A DNA stretch of 63,711 bases, the filler included, from Octopus bimaculoides (Eukaryota): the NCBI RefSeq assembly GCF_001194135.2. It is 5 parts of 3 records of this genome, joined end to end, with 100 filler letters (N's around TTAATTAATTAA, not from the genome) between each part and the next. Parts side by side here need not be neighbours in the genome. Positions count along the whole stretch, not along the records: positions 1 to 27,877 come from NC_068982.1; positions 27,978 to 50,522 come from NC_068982.1; 3 more parts are not named here. The stretch is one strand, 5' to 3'. This document shows, in pieces, positions 25,271-37,921 of this stretch (position 1 is its first letter; each line of letters opens with the position of its first letter). A program made the position numbers and the translations under genes. The notes below the pieces were generated by a model. It searched no databases. It saw only the letters and a program-made list of their open reading frames with translations, and was not told the DNA's origin.

Positions 25271-25559
25271 AATAATAAGCCAAAGAAATTTATAATCTTC
25301 ATAATAAATTCTGATATTTCGTATAAAAAATGATGGATCTGCCTACCACTATGTGTTCAACTTCTCGCAGAAAACTAAAGTGTATGGAATTATTTGAATC
25401 TTGATGGATTAAGTTTGTTAGAAACAGTAAATATCTTGTATTTCCAAAAATGTCGTTTGATTCTCAACGTTGATTCTCAAGCCTTAGATTCTATTAGCTT
25501 TGATAAGTATAATTATTGACTGGTCACTTAGTCAACCATGACCTTATGTGTTTTTATAT

Positions 25560-25775
25560 CTATGTGTGTGTGTCTTTGTATCTGTGTTTGTCCCCCCATC
25601 ACCGCTTAACAACCGGTGTTGGTCTCGTAACGTAGCAGTTCGGCAATAGAGGCTGATAGAATAAGTAGTAGGCTTTAAAAGTAAGTCCTGGGGTCGATTT
25701 GTTCGACTATAACCCTTCAAGGTGGTGGTCCAATATGACCGCAGTCAAATGACTAAAACAAGAAAAAGAAAGAAT
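25560..25775 (+). mobile_element. SINE family C, 3' half
   Basis: AGCAGTTCGGCAA..AGAATAAGTA..GGGGTCGATTTGTTCGACT..CAGTCAAATGACT tail. Confidence 0.8.
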
Positions 25776-25961
25776 GAGTAAATATATATATATATATATA
25801 NNNNNNNNNNNNNNNNNNNNNNNNNNNNNNNNNNNNNNNNNNNNNNNNNNNNNNNNNNNNNNNNNNNNNNNNNNNNNNNNNNNNNNNNNNNNNNNNNNNN
25901 NNNNNNNNNNNNNNNNNNNNNNNNNNNNNNNNNNNNNNNNNNNNNNNNNNNNNNNNNNNNN

Positions 25962-25994
<33 letters not shown>

Positions 25995-26194
25995 TGTGTG
26001 TGTATGCAAAAAAACGAACAGACAGAAACTGACGACAGATAATATTTTTTCTGGAATAAATGGTTTTCAAATTTATAAGTTTAGCGACAAGGTTAACACC
26101 ATTTTCAGAAATAGCTGATAGCAAAGACAAGGAGGAGGTCGAAGAAAAATATCAATTTCTAATGTAGACGCAGGTCATCGACTTTAGGGGATAG

Positions 26195-26835
26195 TTACTA
26201 CTTTACTCCTTTAACGCCTTTCAGCTGGAAGACTGTGGCCATGCTGGGGCATCGTCAGTATCATCAATTCATTTCAATTCCTTTTGCGCATCATTGTGTC
26301 AATTGCAGTTGGCTTTTGGAGAATGGGGAAGTTTGATATTATTACCCTCGTTTAAGTTTCTTGCCATGATGTTCGCTCATCTGAGATTTTGGAATGCAGA
26401 AGGTCAAGGCACTTCTTTAAAACATCTACCCTCACTCCATGTAGATCTTTCGGGATGTTAGCAAGATAAAATAAATAGCTGTGGAGCCTTTGAATCCCAA
26501 GCTATTGCAATACCTGTTCCTTACTCTAGACGGGATAGGTAGGACCTTTGGAACAGTGCAATAGCGTCCTGTCCGGGGGATAGTATAACTCGCGATGCAA
26601 AAGTTAACCAAAGTTTTGTCTGCCTCTCTAGAATCTTCTATATGCATGATTCTCCCGTGTTTGCTCCAGAGAGTAGAACCGCAATTCTTTCAGTGTCTCC
26701 CAGCAGCTCAAGCGTTTCATTGAAACAATCATCTTGGTGTAGCACCGCTGAACTGCCTCGAGTTCTGCTACTAAATTGACAGTGTGTTGACCACAGTTGA
26801 AGCAATAATTCAGCTGCTGAGGACAAATGTCCTCC
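26195..26835 (-). mobile_element. CR1-like LINE, 3' fragment
   Basis: LEAVQRCYTKMI..LSCWETLKELRFYSLE and RNRYCNSLGFKG; same family as 60895-62030. Confidence 0.85.
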
Positions 26836-26954
26836 AAAGAAGGATTTTATTGATTTCTAGTATTTGATATTCTGATATTGTAATTTATCGACCCCCGGGG
26901 TGGTGAAAGATACTGATTGCATGCATGTATTAATAAACACGCAATTATTCGTAC

Positions 26955-27000
<46 letters not shown>

Positions 27001-27128
27001 TCTCTTATTCTTTTACGCTTTTACTTGTTTTGTCTCTGGCCATATATATATATATACATACATACATATATATAGATATATATACACACACACATATATA
27101 TACATATATATATATGTGTGTGTATATG

Positions 27129-27160
<32 letters not shown>

Positions 27161-27604
27161 TGTATGTACAATTTTAAAGTATGCGGTATTCTTTGTTGTT
27201 AATACCTAGGAATCACGCAAATAGTGTTGCGCAACCGCGCTAATCGGCTTGCGCAAAAGCGCATTTGTTTTATAAAGCTTAAAAATACCAATTACGCTTT
27301 CTGCATGTGTGTGTGTGTGTGTGTGTGTGCATCCATCCATACACACACACACACGCACACACGTTTTACCTCCACCCTAAGCCTAACCCACACTCCACCC
27401 ATGCTTTCCCCACTCTCGCCTCCCCCGTCTCCTCCACCTTCACCTCCCCACCTCCCAACACCCTCACATCACACCACGCTACACCATATCACACAACACA
27501 CCACCACGCGCACACTAGCACTGACCAATTCCCTTCCCCACATTTTCACACCTTAACACATACATACATACACACATGCATACGTTAAGATCACCAGCAT
27601 TCTC

Positions 27605-27877
27605 TCACACACACGCAGCTTCTCGTCTTTGGTTCACCACTTCTTTGTTATCTCCCCTTTTTCTTTGCTCTCCTGTATTATCCTTCTGTCCGGCATTCGC
27701 CATGATAGATCGCTGACCACTACATTTATATTTTTTTCTCCTTGTTTCTTTCTGTGTTCCTTTCAGTTGAAGAGCGTAGGCTCGAAACGTCAAAGACTTT
27801 CTCTATTCCCGAACGTTAAACTAATACATCCATTTGTTGTTTACACCACCTGTCTTCGTCTGTTGATTTTTTCGTAA
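27605..27877 (+). mobile_element. Probable Penelope-like terminal-repeat remnant
   Basis: T-rich segment carrying the hammerhead-like motif; ends at a scaffold spacer. Confidence 0.55.
27760..27795 (+). ncRNA. Minimal type I hammerhead-like motif
   Basis: CTTT-CAGTTGA-A-GAGC-GTAG-GCTC-GAAA-CGT-C-AAAG: perfect 4-bp stems I and II, palindromic ACGT stem III, GUC; two core substitutions. Confidence 0.6.
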
Positions 27878-27977
27878 NNNNNNNNNNNNNNNNNNNNNNN
27901 NNNNNNNNNNNNNNNNNNNNNTTAATTAATTAANNNNNNNNNNNNNNNNNNNNNNNNNNNNNNNNNNNNNNNNNNNN
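27878..27977. other. Artificial scaffold spacer N44-TTAATTAATTAA-N44
   Basis: Identical 100-bp construct occurs four times. Confidence 0.97.
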
Positions 27978-28063
27978 AGGTATTTCCATCCTGATACACA
28001 GATACATACGTATAATCAGAAAAAATAGGGAGCGGGTGAAAAGCACTTAGTTTAATAATAATG

Positions 28064-28141
<78 letters not shown>

Positions 28142-28769
28142 TTGATGATGACAATGAAATTATTGCACAAATTAACGACGTCTCCGTCGAGACACTTAAA
28201 GTAATTTAGCTGAAAATGAAGAAGAAAAGGTTCATCGCAACAGCAACAAGACTAACAATACAATTATCGCGATCACAGCCACCAACCAATAACTACTCCA
28301 ACACCACTGATAATGACAATAGCCTCAAGAGCAAGAAGGAGAGGAGAAGTGCTGATCTAATAAGTTTTCGTGTCGCTATATTAAGAACTAGACGACAGAG
28401 CTTTTATCACTGGCAAACATCTCGAGAATCTAAAATGTCGCCTTCTACATTACATTTTCTCATAGAAACGGATTGCACAAATAAAATATAAAAATATAAA
28501 TTCTTCTCATTCAATAGCAACAACTACTGCAAACAAGCTTTAGAAACCTGACAAAACCGAAAACAAGAAAAAGAAGTTCGCAAAAATTCTTTGTCTCTTT
28601 CTGATACTAGAATTATTGGCCTGTTTTTGTTCTCAGGCCTCCATATTTGTTTCTCTTTTCTTCGTATTCAAACTCTTTGCCTGTCCAAAGCATTTTCAAA
28701 AGTTTGTTTTAAACATCCATGCTTGTTTTCAAACTTTTAGTTAGTCCTTGTTTCATACATTCTGTGTAA

Positions 28770-29160
28770 TTCTTTTCTTTTACTTGTTTCAGTCATTTGA
28801 CTGTGGCCATGTTGGAGCATCTCCTTAAAGGGTTTTTAGTCGAAGAAATCTACCCAAGGACTTATTCTTTGTAAGCTTAGTACTTATTCTATCGGTCTCT
28901 TTTACCGAACTGCTAAGTTACAGGGACGTAAACACACCAGCGTTGATTGTCAAACGATGGTAAGAGGGGAGTGAACACACACACAGACACACACAGACAC
29001 AGACACACACACACACATAAACACATACATATATACATACACGCCAGGCTTCTTTCAGCTTCCGTCAAACAAATCCACCCTTTGGTCGGACTGAGGCTAT
29101 AGTAAAAGACACTTGCCCAAACTTAACCCGGGACCATGTAGTTGGGAAGCAAGCTTTCCC
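28770..29160 (-). mobile_element. SINE family C, near full length
   Basis: Head, internal (CA)/(TACA) tract, tail with CAGTC-AAAT-GACTG hairpin. Confidence 0.85.
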
Positions 29161-29404
29161 TTTCATAAGTCCTAAGTTGCTCCGGTGGCTGAAAGAAAAA
29201 AAAATGAAATGTGTAGCGTATCTGTATGATAAATGGGAGCCAGGGAAATGTGTCAGGCAAAGGATTAAGAATAGTATTTTTTTCCTATACTTAAAACAAA
29301 AGTACTCTGTTAAAGACGAGAAAGGAAATGGGAATTTGTGGTGTTCATGAATTTTCCAAAGACATTACCGACGGTAAGATGGCTTTCACTAACGGGATGT
29401 CGTT

Positions 29405-29785
29405 AAGAAGTTAAAAGTTTGCTTCCCAACCATTTGGTTCTGGGTTCAGTTCCACTGTGCCGTATCCTGTGTAAGTGTCTTTTACTTAGCCCCGACACGA
29501 CCAATGCCTTGTGAATGAATTTGGTACATGAAAACTGTGAAAGTCTATCGTATATGTATATATGTGTATATGTACGTCTGCGTTTATGTTTGCTATCCCC
29601 ACCACTTGACAACCGGTACTGGTTTCTTTACATCCCTGTAACTTAGCAGTTCGGCAAAATAAAACGAAGAATAAGTACCAGATTTAAAGGGAAGTATTGG
29701 GGGTGGATTTGTTAGACTAAACCCTACATGGTTGACCCTCTAGCATGACCGCTTCCTGATAAATGAACCAAGTAAAAGATAAAGG
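29405..29785 (+). mobile_element. SINE family C, degenerate full length
   Basis: Same layout as 28770-29160. Confidence 0.8.
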
Positions 29786-29959
29786 CTCTGTTAAAACTTA
29801 AATTTCAGTGTAGTATTATTTGTGTCAAAATATCTCTTTATTAATATTGATTTTCTCAGAAATTCAATATCTTATAAGGAGAAAATATAATCAATTAGAT
29901 TGGCTCCAGTACAGGCCTCGTATTTATTATTGGAATAAAATACAAAGTTTGATTTTTGG

Positions 29960-30330
29960 CGCTGCCGCATGTGTAGCACAGGGTTCTCACGTTTTTCCGC
30001 CACAGCTCTTATCTTCAAATATTTGAAAATCCACCAAGGGTGAATTTCTTTGTCCAAGTTTTGACTGCGGTCCTCACGCTTTGTTGACGCCATATATTGT
30101 TGCATCAACCTGTGGGTCGTTGTAGAACTCATCAGCTTTGATATTCTCTTTGTTTTCTCTTCTGATTTTAGTACCAGGCTATAGTTCCAAAAGTCTTGCC
30201 CCGTCCAATATAGCAGATCTCTTGCTACAAACCGGACAGGGCCTTTTCAAATAAACTTTCGGGGGCATGGAGAAATCCGAGATGCTTTTCAAGAAAAGGA
30301 AACATTATACCACTGTCCATTTACCTTTTT
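29960..30330 (-). mobile_element. Penelope-like GIY-YIG endonuclease remnant
   Basis: Frameshifted VYLKRPCPVCSK / CYIGRGKTFGT / RENKENIK resembles VYxIPCxxC..YIGxTxR..R..EH. Confidence 0.5.
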
Positions 30331-31307
30331 CTCGAGAAACTACTCACGTCTCCTATTACGTACCTCGCCTATTTCCCCCCATTTTCTTGGATCTTTTAAA
30401 GATCTAGCTCTATCCAAGCGCTGGCAAAAGTTGTTGGTTCTGCCGCTAGTATAATTATTGCAGCTACTGCTTCTCTTAAGTTTTGTTTACGTTCTTTCTG
30501 CTGTTGCTACTGGAATTTACGTACATTTTAGTAGCTCTCTCGCTCAGTTGGTTTGTGTGTACTTATCAGCTGCGACAGTGGTGAAATTGGTGATGGTAGG
30601 TGTCGCAGTTACCATCGTTAACAACAGTTGGTGTTACTAAGAATGGAAGTGATAGGGGTGGAGATGATGATAGCGGTGCCAGTTATCACAGTGTTACCCT
30701 AGTTTGCCTACTCCTCTTGCCATCTCTCTTCTCACCACACCTCAAGTGTTATTACGATAGGCACCATATTGTTTATATAATTTTACATTTCAAAACAAAA
30801 AAGTAATTTTTGAAACAAAAAACATTTAGAAACAATTTCTACTCCTTGAAACGGGTAGAAAAGAAATTGACCATCACTCTCCACATATGGCCACCTTACA
30901 AACAAAACAAACAGCAATAGTCCGTTGGTCATGTATTTATAAAAGATTTCCCCCGGAAATTAGCGGAACATGATCAATAATTCAGAGCAGGACAAAGATA
31001 AGTTTCAGATTCACAATTTTTGTTAAATGTTTCAACAACAAAAGCACAATGTGCACTGCCTGAAACCCTGATGGAAAATAAAAAAGAAACAATAATTCAT
31101 TAATTACAGGAATATACCACTGCCACCTGGCTAACGTCACTAGCCCCAGAATTCAACGGAGAATACTTATAGGGGGTTTTTCTGTCGCACCCTCTACGAT
31201 AACGATAGCTGTAGAAAGAAGTTTCAAATACTGACTACATTTTTTATCTGGCAAATATATTTTACGATTCCGTACTGTTTACCTCTCGCTCAGAGATTTA
31301 ATATAGC

Positions 31308-31349
<42 letters not shown>

Positions 31350-32194
31350 ATTCTTTTACTTGTTATATATATTCATTTGGCTGTGGCCTTGCTGGAACAC
31401 CGCCTTGATATATATNNNNNNNNNNNNNNNNNNNNNNNNNNNNNNNNNNNNNNNNNNNNNNNNNNNNNNNNNNNNNNNNNNNNNNNNNNNNNNNNNNNNN
31501 NNNNNNNNNNNNNNNNNNNNNNNNNNNNNNNNNNNNNNNNNNNNNNNNNNNNNNNNNNNNNNNNNNNNNNNNNNNNNNNNNNNNNNNNNNNNNNNNNNNN
31601 NNNNNNNNNNNNNNNNNNNNNNNNNNNNNNNNNNNNNNNNNNNNNNNNNNNNNNNNNNNNNNNNNNNNNNNNNNNNNNNNNNNNNNNNNNNNNNNNNNNN
31701 NNNNNNNNNNNNNNNNNNNNNNNNNNNNNNNNNNNNNNNNNNNNNNNNNNNNNNNNNNNNNNNNNNNNNNNNNNNNNNNNNNNNNNNNNNNNNNNNNNNN
31801 NNNNNNNNNNNNNNNNNNNNNNNNNNNNNNNNNNNNNNNNNNNNNNNNNNNNNNNNNNNNNNNNNNNNNNNNNNNNNNNNNNNNNNNNNNNNNNNNNNNN
31901 NNNNNNNNNNNNNNNNNNNNNNNNNNNNNNNNNNNNNNNNNNNNNNNNNNNNNNNNNNNNNNNNNNNNNNNNNNNNNNNNNNNNNNNNNNNNNNNNNNNN
32001 NNNNNNNNNNNNNNNNNNNNNNNNNNNNNNNNNNNNNNNNTTAATCCTCTTCGACCTACTTTTGCCTGCTGCTGGTTATAACGATATTATCTTATACGAG
32101 TAAATATATCAATTATGATTTTGGCGGAGATATAATAATTACAGCACTAAATGTTTCATTTTCTCCTGGAGATCATTAACTTCACATCTATAAA

Positions 32195-32339
32195 GGCTGG
32201 GTAATAAGAAATGATTCGTGTGCGTCTGTACGAGGATACTGTTACAATGTCAGAACTAGATTAGACTTTCATTTTAAGTTTAAAAAATCTAGTCTTGTAT
32301 ATATGTGCAAGTACATTGTTGAAATAATTATACCCAGCC
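32195..32339. mobile_element. Small MITE-like element, possibly mariner-derived
   Basis: GGCTGGGTA at 32195 and TACCCAGCC at 32331-32339 form a 9-bp inverted pair. Confidence 0.4.
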
Positions 32340-32887
32340 CATACTGTTTTGACAATTTAAATGTTTCTATTCCTGTTACTTTGTTTTTTTTTAAAAAAAG
32401 AAGTTATCTACACTCCTCACATTTGTTTCACAAATTCCTCATCAGCCTCAGTATATCTCTTGCTCTGCGCTGCTTGTTGTGAATTTAGACAAATATACTA
32501 ATAAAACAAACCAAGTTTCGTTTCAAGATTTATGCATACATTTGTTATGTAAATATTATTTCACGAGAAAAAATAAAAAAATAAAAGGAGGCGACAGAAT
32601 GGGGGATGACTGAGCGGTTGTTGACCTCAACATCTCTGCTTTATCTAATGATACTTAAGCAATCTGAAACTCATTTACTCGCTATAAATGATTTCACATC
32701 ACAAAAATTCAGATGTATTAAGAGATAAAATCATTTACATTCTCAAAAGACCAAACTCTACGCAATTATAATTTTATGTACTGTGAACAAGTTTAATTTC
32801 TGGTGAAGGAGTAATATGTGCAAGTACATAAAGCTGTTAACAAAGCTGTTAAATTCATTCTGAATTTATATTCAATTTATATTCAAA

Positions 32888-32945
32888 TGGCGGTTCCCCA
32901 GCATGGCCACAGTTCGTGAACTGAAACTAGATAAAATAAAAATAA
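32888..32945 (+). repeat. Solo 3' tail of the SINE C/CR1-like LINE type
   Basis: CCCCAGCATGGCCA-CAGTTCGTGAACTG-AAACTAGATAAAATAAAA. Confidence 0.8.
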
Positions 32946-33425
32946 AAATTCATGAGGTGTAAATCATTTCTGTCACATAATTGTGGTCTGGTCCCCGACG
33001 TATTTGCACTTCAAAAATTAGTGGAGCTGTGTCGTTGACCAGATCACAATCGGACAACGGAAAATGTTAACATCTCATGAAATAAATTTAAATTTAAAAT
33101 GAATTTCAACAGCTCTAAATGTAATTAAATGACTAAAATGACTCTTTCAAACGGGAGTTCTTTCAGTTTCAACACAGTCTCAGATTAAATCAAAAACAAT
33201 TGTTTCTTCTTGGACCCTCTTTGGGGTTCTGAGCATGCGTATCTAGTGCTACCCCCACCTCCACCCCAGGACAGGTTTATTGCTGGTTGTACCAGCGTTG
33301 GGAGGAGACTACAATATATTTTTCAAACGGACCCCGCTGTCTAAGATACGAATTCATCTTAATTAATTCGTGCGATGGACAAAGCGGTATGGTTATTCTT
33401 ACGAACTTTTATTTCAATTTTTTAG

Positions 33426-33450
33426 TGCCCTGATTCGCAACAGGGACCAG
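33426..33450 (+). other. Candidate 25-nt microexon
   Basis: Branch-like CTTAC, T-rich tract ending TTTTTTAG, then CAG|GTAAGT donor. Confidence 0.3.
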
Positions 33451-33783
33451 GTAAGTGTAACGACGGTCCCTTCTGATTGAAATCTATGGAAGAAGTGCTT
33501 GGGGACCCTATCCCCCCGTGATGCACCCAGGAATAGTGAGCGGCAAAGATGATTGGATAGTCTCACATCAAATCACTTGCTATACAATGACTACTGTGAA
33601 ATTTCGAAACTTTTAGTAAATATTTGAATGTATGGAATTTGTATAATCGGTCTCTGATAAATGAAAGGCAAATTCTATCTCGGTAGAACCTGGAGTAAGA
33701 AATTAAAGAAATGGAATTGAATACCATAACATTCTTAATCTGTCGCTCTGTTCTCTCTGCTACTCTCTTAGCCTTTCTTAGAG

Positions 33784-33829
<46 letters not shown>

Positions 33830-33990
33830 GGTCGTATAGTTAAGAAATTTACTGTGCAGTCACGTGATTTTGGATCCAGTTTCGCTGCGCGATACCTTGG
33901 GTAAATGCCTTCTACTATAGCCCCAAGCCCACTAATGCTTTGTGAGTGAACTTGGTAGGCAGAAACTGTGTGGAAGCGCGTCGTGTATGT
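33830..33990 (+). mobile_element. SINE family C, 5' half
   Basis: GGGTAAATGCCTTCTACTATAGCCC core followed by (TATG)n. Confidence 0.75.
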
Positions 33991-34025
33991 ATGTATGTAT
34001 GTATGTATGTATGTATGTATGTATG

Positions 34026-34115
34026 TGAAGGCACGTGACCCACTAGATAATGTGTTGCACTCACGTTCATAAGCTTGTGGGTTTGATTCCTGCACCGGGT
34101 GGTGCATTGTGTTCT
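34026..34115 (+). mobile_element. tRNA-derived SINE head, degenerate
   Basis: B-box-like GGTTTGATTCC in a tRNA-sized head. Confidence 0.55.
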
Positions 34116-34399
34116 TTATCAAATGTCATCGTTTTTCATTACTTCATTCTCTTCAGATGAAAATCAGTACCAGTCACCTCGGATTCAGCTCTTTCTCCCT
34201 TCACCTGTCACAATCTCAACGTTCCATCAAATGACAGAAAAAGAATGGAAAGAGTATCTATGTCTGCATAGAAGCTGGAGGTTTCGAGGCAGTTGCCTGT
34301 AGTTATTGCTTTTATCATTAATTTTCGAAGAGATATTCACATCAATAGGGCAGCCAATCTTTATGATGTTACATATTTTTTTCTTTTCTGTTCCTTTCT

Positions 34400-34791
34400 G
34401 TGATACAAGCATTGTTTTCTTATGGTAATGCAATCTTCCTAGGAGATAGTGCACTGACTCATATGGTCAGTATTATTCAGAATTGGTATGAAGAGCACAA
34501 AAGTGAGATAGACCACTTGGATAGCCCCCACCCCACCCAATCACCAGATCTCAGTATGATTAAATATTTATGGTGCATTTTGAAATTTTGAAGTAAGGTG
34601 CAAGAATGGAGCACTTCTTGGCGCCATAGTCGCTGAAAGAACTAAAGCTGGTTTCACTTGAAAGATGACTCAAAATTCCCCTAACAACCGTTCAGAACCT
34701 GTACAAGTCAATTACTCGACATCCTAAATTGTTATTAAATAAAATAATAAAACTTCCATTGAATTAAGATATTTCTTTTGTCCAACTCCTG
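34400..34791 (+). mobile_element. Tc1-like transposon, 3' fragment
   Basis: IFLGDSALTH..WYEEH..QSPDLSMIKYLW resembles FQDDNAPIH..WPxQSPDLNIIExLW; terminal TTTTGTCCAACTCCTG then TA. Confidence 0.75.
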
Positions 34792-36649
34792 TATATTCCC
34801 GATCACGGGAAGGGATTGGACCACCAAATAATAGATATTCAAAACCTATGCATGCTTTGGTTTTGAACTTGCAATCCAAAACAGGCTATTTTTGACATAA
34901 ATCAAAGATCAAGGAAAGCCATACCAAAACGATGTATTTAACAGTTCAAAGTTTCCTTTGTTTTGAATAATTTTTTCAATGTTTTCTTTGGATACAATGA
35001 TTGTTTGTTTGAAAATCTGTCTGTTTGTCGATGTAATTATATGCCCTGCTTTCGACGAATTTTAGAAACTACGTCACTTCGGTTGTTTTGTGTTCCACTA
35101 ATGTCAGGGAGAAAGCTAGGAGAGTCGCATAGCCTCGTTCTCTTTCCCTATAAACTTGTGACCTTGTAACTTCATTAAAGCATTCATTATTGTACGTTCG
35201 TTCAAAGGTCAGTGCAAATAGCCTATTCACTGGCAGTGACAATATAGAAGATTACATACACTATCAAGTTTGAAGTCCCATAGATTATGTAATCTATTCT
35301 TGTCGAATTTAACTTTTCCTTTCATTCCTTCTCGATTAAATTTGGTCTTTTATATGATGTTGTGGGAGGGAGATAAGTAGCAAAGTCATTGGTGTGTGTA
35401 GGCTAGAAGTGAACTGTTTCGGTGTGAATCAGTTTGGAAATAGAAGAATAAAAAGAATAATACGGCAAGAATGAAGCCCATTTTCCGTAAACAAAATACC
35501 TTAGAAATTAGCATGCTTCTTTCACAATGCTAGTTGAGAAGTTGTCATAGTTTTCAACAAATGGTAACTAGTTTTCATCAATGTTATACAGATAAAATTA
35601 AAAAACAAACAAAGGTTGTAAACACTACAACCGGTTATATACGTAGAAAAGGAATGCTATATTAAAGATCTTCACTCCTTTTACAGATTCTTTACTTTAA
35701 AAATGACGACAGATAAACGACTGTCCACATAATCGAGCAGTGCCCGGTGTTGTGTTGCTGTATTCACTGGGTGGATGGCGGCAGTTGTAGTTGAGCACTG
35801 GTGGGTAGGTGGTCAGCGGTGGTGGATGTCGTACAGCCATCATGGTGTGTCGCATAAATAGTTGCAAGGCAGTTAAAGCGAAGAGCATAGTGTTGTGTAC
35901 TACAATAAAATCTAGCAGAAAACCACAAGGTAGGTGGCAACTGCTTATGATTTCGCTCAACGACGTGTATGAGCACTCCGCTGGTTTGCCTGCCAATTTT
36001 GTCTGTCAAGCATTTAGCGCGTACCAGCCGGGCATGTGAACAAGGGTTTGGTAAGTATAATTTTTTTCTTCCAGAATTACATTTCCAAAATCAGAGTGAG
36101 TTATCAACGATACCAAGTCTATCATGCCGCAAAATACTGTATATTGATGTGGTGCAAGACAGGAAAGTAGTTAATGTTCGAACGGTAGCCATTGTTGGAA
36201 AAGAAACAAAAGAATATGCGTTGTGTAAATGGTTAAATGTTGATAAAAAGGATATAAAGACAGGGACTGCAGTGTAGCGGATGGTGATGACAGGATTATG
36301 TTAGAGAGATTGATATAAGATATAGTAAGTTAATAGACAGGTTGGGAAAATAATATATGAAGGAAATGGTGAAGGAAAACTCATGGTGTGATAGAAGAGA
36401 GGGTGACGAAATAGATGTTAAGAAAATAGAAGGGATTTGGGGTTACTTTTCTACATTCCAATACATTTCTTTACATGATGCTACTTCCTGTGATTCTACA
36501 ACAGAGGTATCTGAGGTAAGATAATAGAAATAGTTCCGTTTACCTCTTACAAGAGAGATATAAAGCCCAGAGTCTGCTAGGGTTTACAGAGTTTATGAGT
36601 TTTTGAAAGAAGATTACTATTTAGATAAGAAAAGAAAAGCAATGCCTAT

Positions 36650-37400
36650 AAGTTTAAAAAGTAAATCTAGGTTGCTGATGCTGGTTAATGCAGTTGCTAT
36701 TCAATTTAAAAGAAACCATAGACAGAGGGCTGTAATCGTGGGTGGGAAATTATTGTATGACATTTGGAGTTTGTTTGTTGAAACAGTAGGAATGAGGAGG
36801 TGACAAAAGTGGGCTTGGTTGGAGTGGGCTTGGACGGAGGTAGTACACATTATGATGTTTTAAAAGATCAGAAATCGTTATATTATCGACGGAAGAGACA
36901 AGGAAAGGAAATAAAGCGCCCTTAACCGTCAATTGTAGTGTGTTGGTGAAAGAATCTTTTCTCATCAATCAGTCAAATGGGTGTTTGTAGTAGCAACTTC
37001 GTCTTAGATATATAAGCAGTAATTCAGCAAATGTCGCTCATGTAGTCAGGAGCCAGTTCAGATCAGATCAAAGTTTAAATATTTTCTGGCCGTAAAGAAG
37101 TAATTTAGATTTTTGGATGCCTTTTTTGTAACTTCATGAATGCCTGATCGTAGTTAAAGATCACCAGAGATTATTTCGTGGTTTAGCATTTGTTGTGAGT
37201 TTGTTGTCTTGTTGGAAGATACGGAAGTTATCCTGTCGCCATTGGAAGCTTTTTAAAAATATTTTTGTTCATGTTAAAGGTCAAACGTCAGGTATCTTGG
37301 TAACGTACCAATGTGTCTTTGTACGAAATGTATGGAGTGAAAAAAGAGTTGCTTCATCGCTTCATTTGCCAAAGATGTTTAGAGAGTTATAGTGTGAGAA
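36650..37400 (-). mobile_element. Old CR1/Jockey-group LINE, C-terminal remnant
   Basis: RTKTH, IISGDL, HEVTKKASKNLNYFFTARKY resemble post-RT motifs KTQ, ISxDLxW, HIxxIxKxASxKLGxLxRARK. Confidence 0.55.
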
Positions 37401-37449
37401 GTAACAGTAAACTAATGTACACAACAGAGAGAGTGAGATCCGTAACTGA

Positions 37450-37590
37450 AGCTATACTAGAGAAATACTATGATAGATATATTACTATAACTTACTAGAG
37501 CAATACTATAAAATATTGAAGATATTACTTTAATATACTAGAGATGTTACTACAATTTACTAGATGTATTACTATAATATGCTAGCGGTA
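37450..37590. repeat. Degenerate ~22-bp minisatellite, consensus near TACTAGAGATATTACTATAATA, about 6-7 copies
   Basis: Periodic TACTAGA and TACTATA words. Confidence 0.7.
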
Positions 37591-37850
37591 TAATACAGTT
37601 GACAGAATGGGAGTCGGAGAGAGTGTTAAATCAAAATAGCTTTAAATAGAAACTGAAACCGGACTGAAGTGTTTGACTCACCGGTAACTTACCTTCTATT
37701 TTGCTTTATTTATTTATTTATTTATCTACTTATTTATTTATCTACTTATTTATTATCATCATCGCTATCATACCTGTATCTTATTTCTTGAAAACGTTTG
37801 AATTTGATAGCTGAAATGCATACAGACAGAAACCCATCCACACACAAATC

Positions 37851-37921
<71 letters not shown>

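Noticed and set aside
27922-27933. TTAATTAATTAA palindrome recurring four times (also 50567, 60593, 62615)
   Set aside because: Always centred in exactly 44 N + 12 + 44 N; an all-frame stop spacer added during scaffolding, not biology.
30850-31150. Cluster of E-box (CATATG, CACCTG) and Sox-like words in unique sequence
   Set aside because: Short motifs are not informative without conservation or chromatin data.
32410-32450. Minus-strand CTGATGA..GAAA spacing
   Set aside because: No stem II pairing and no UH cleavage site in register.
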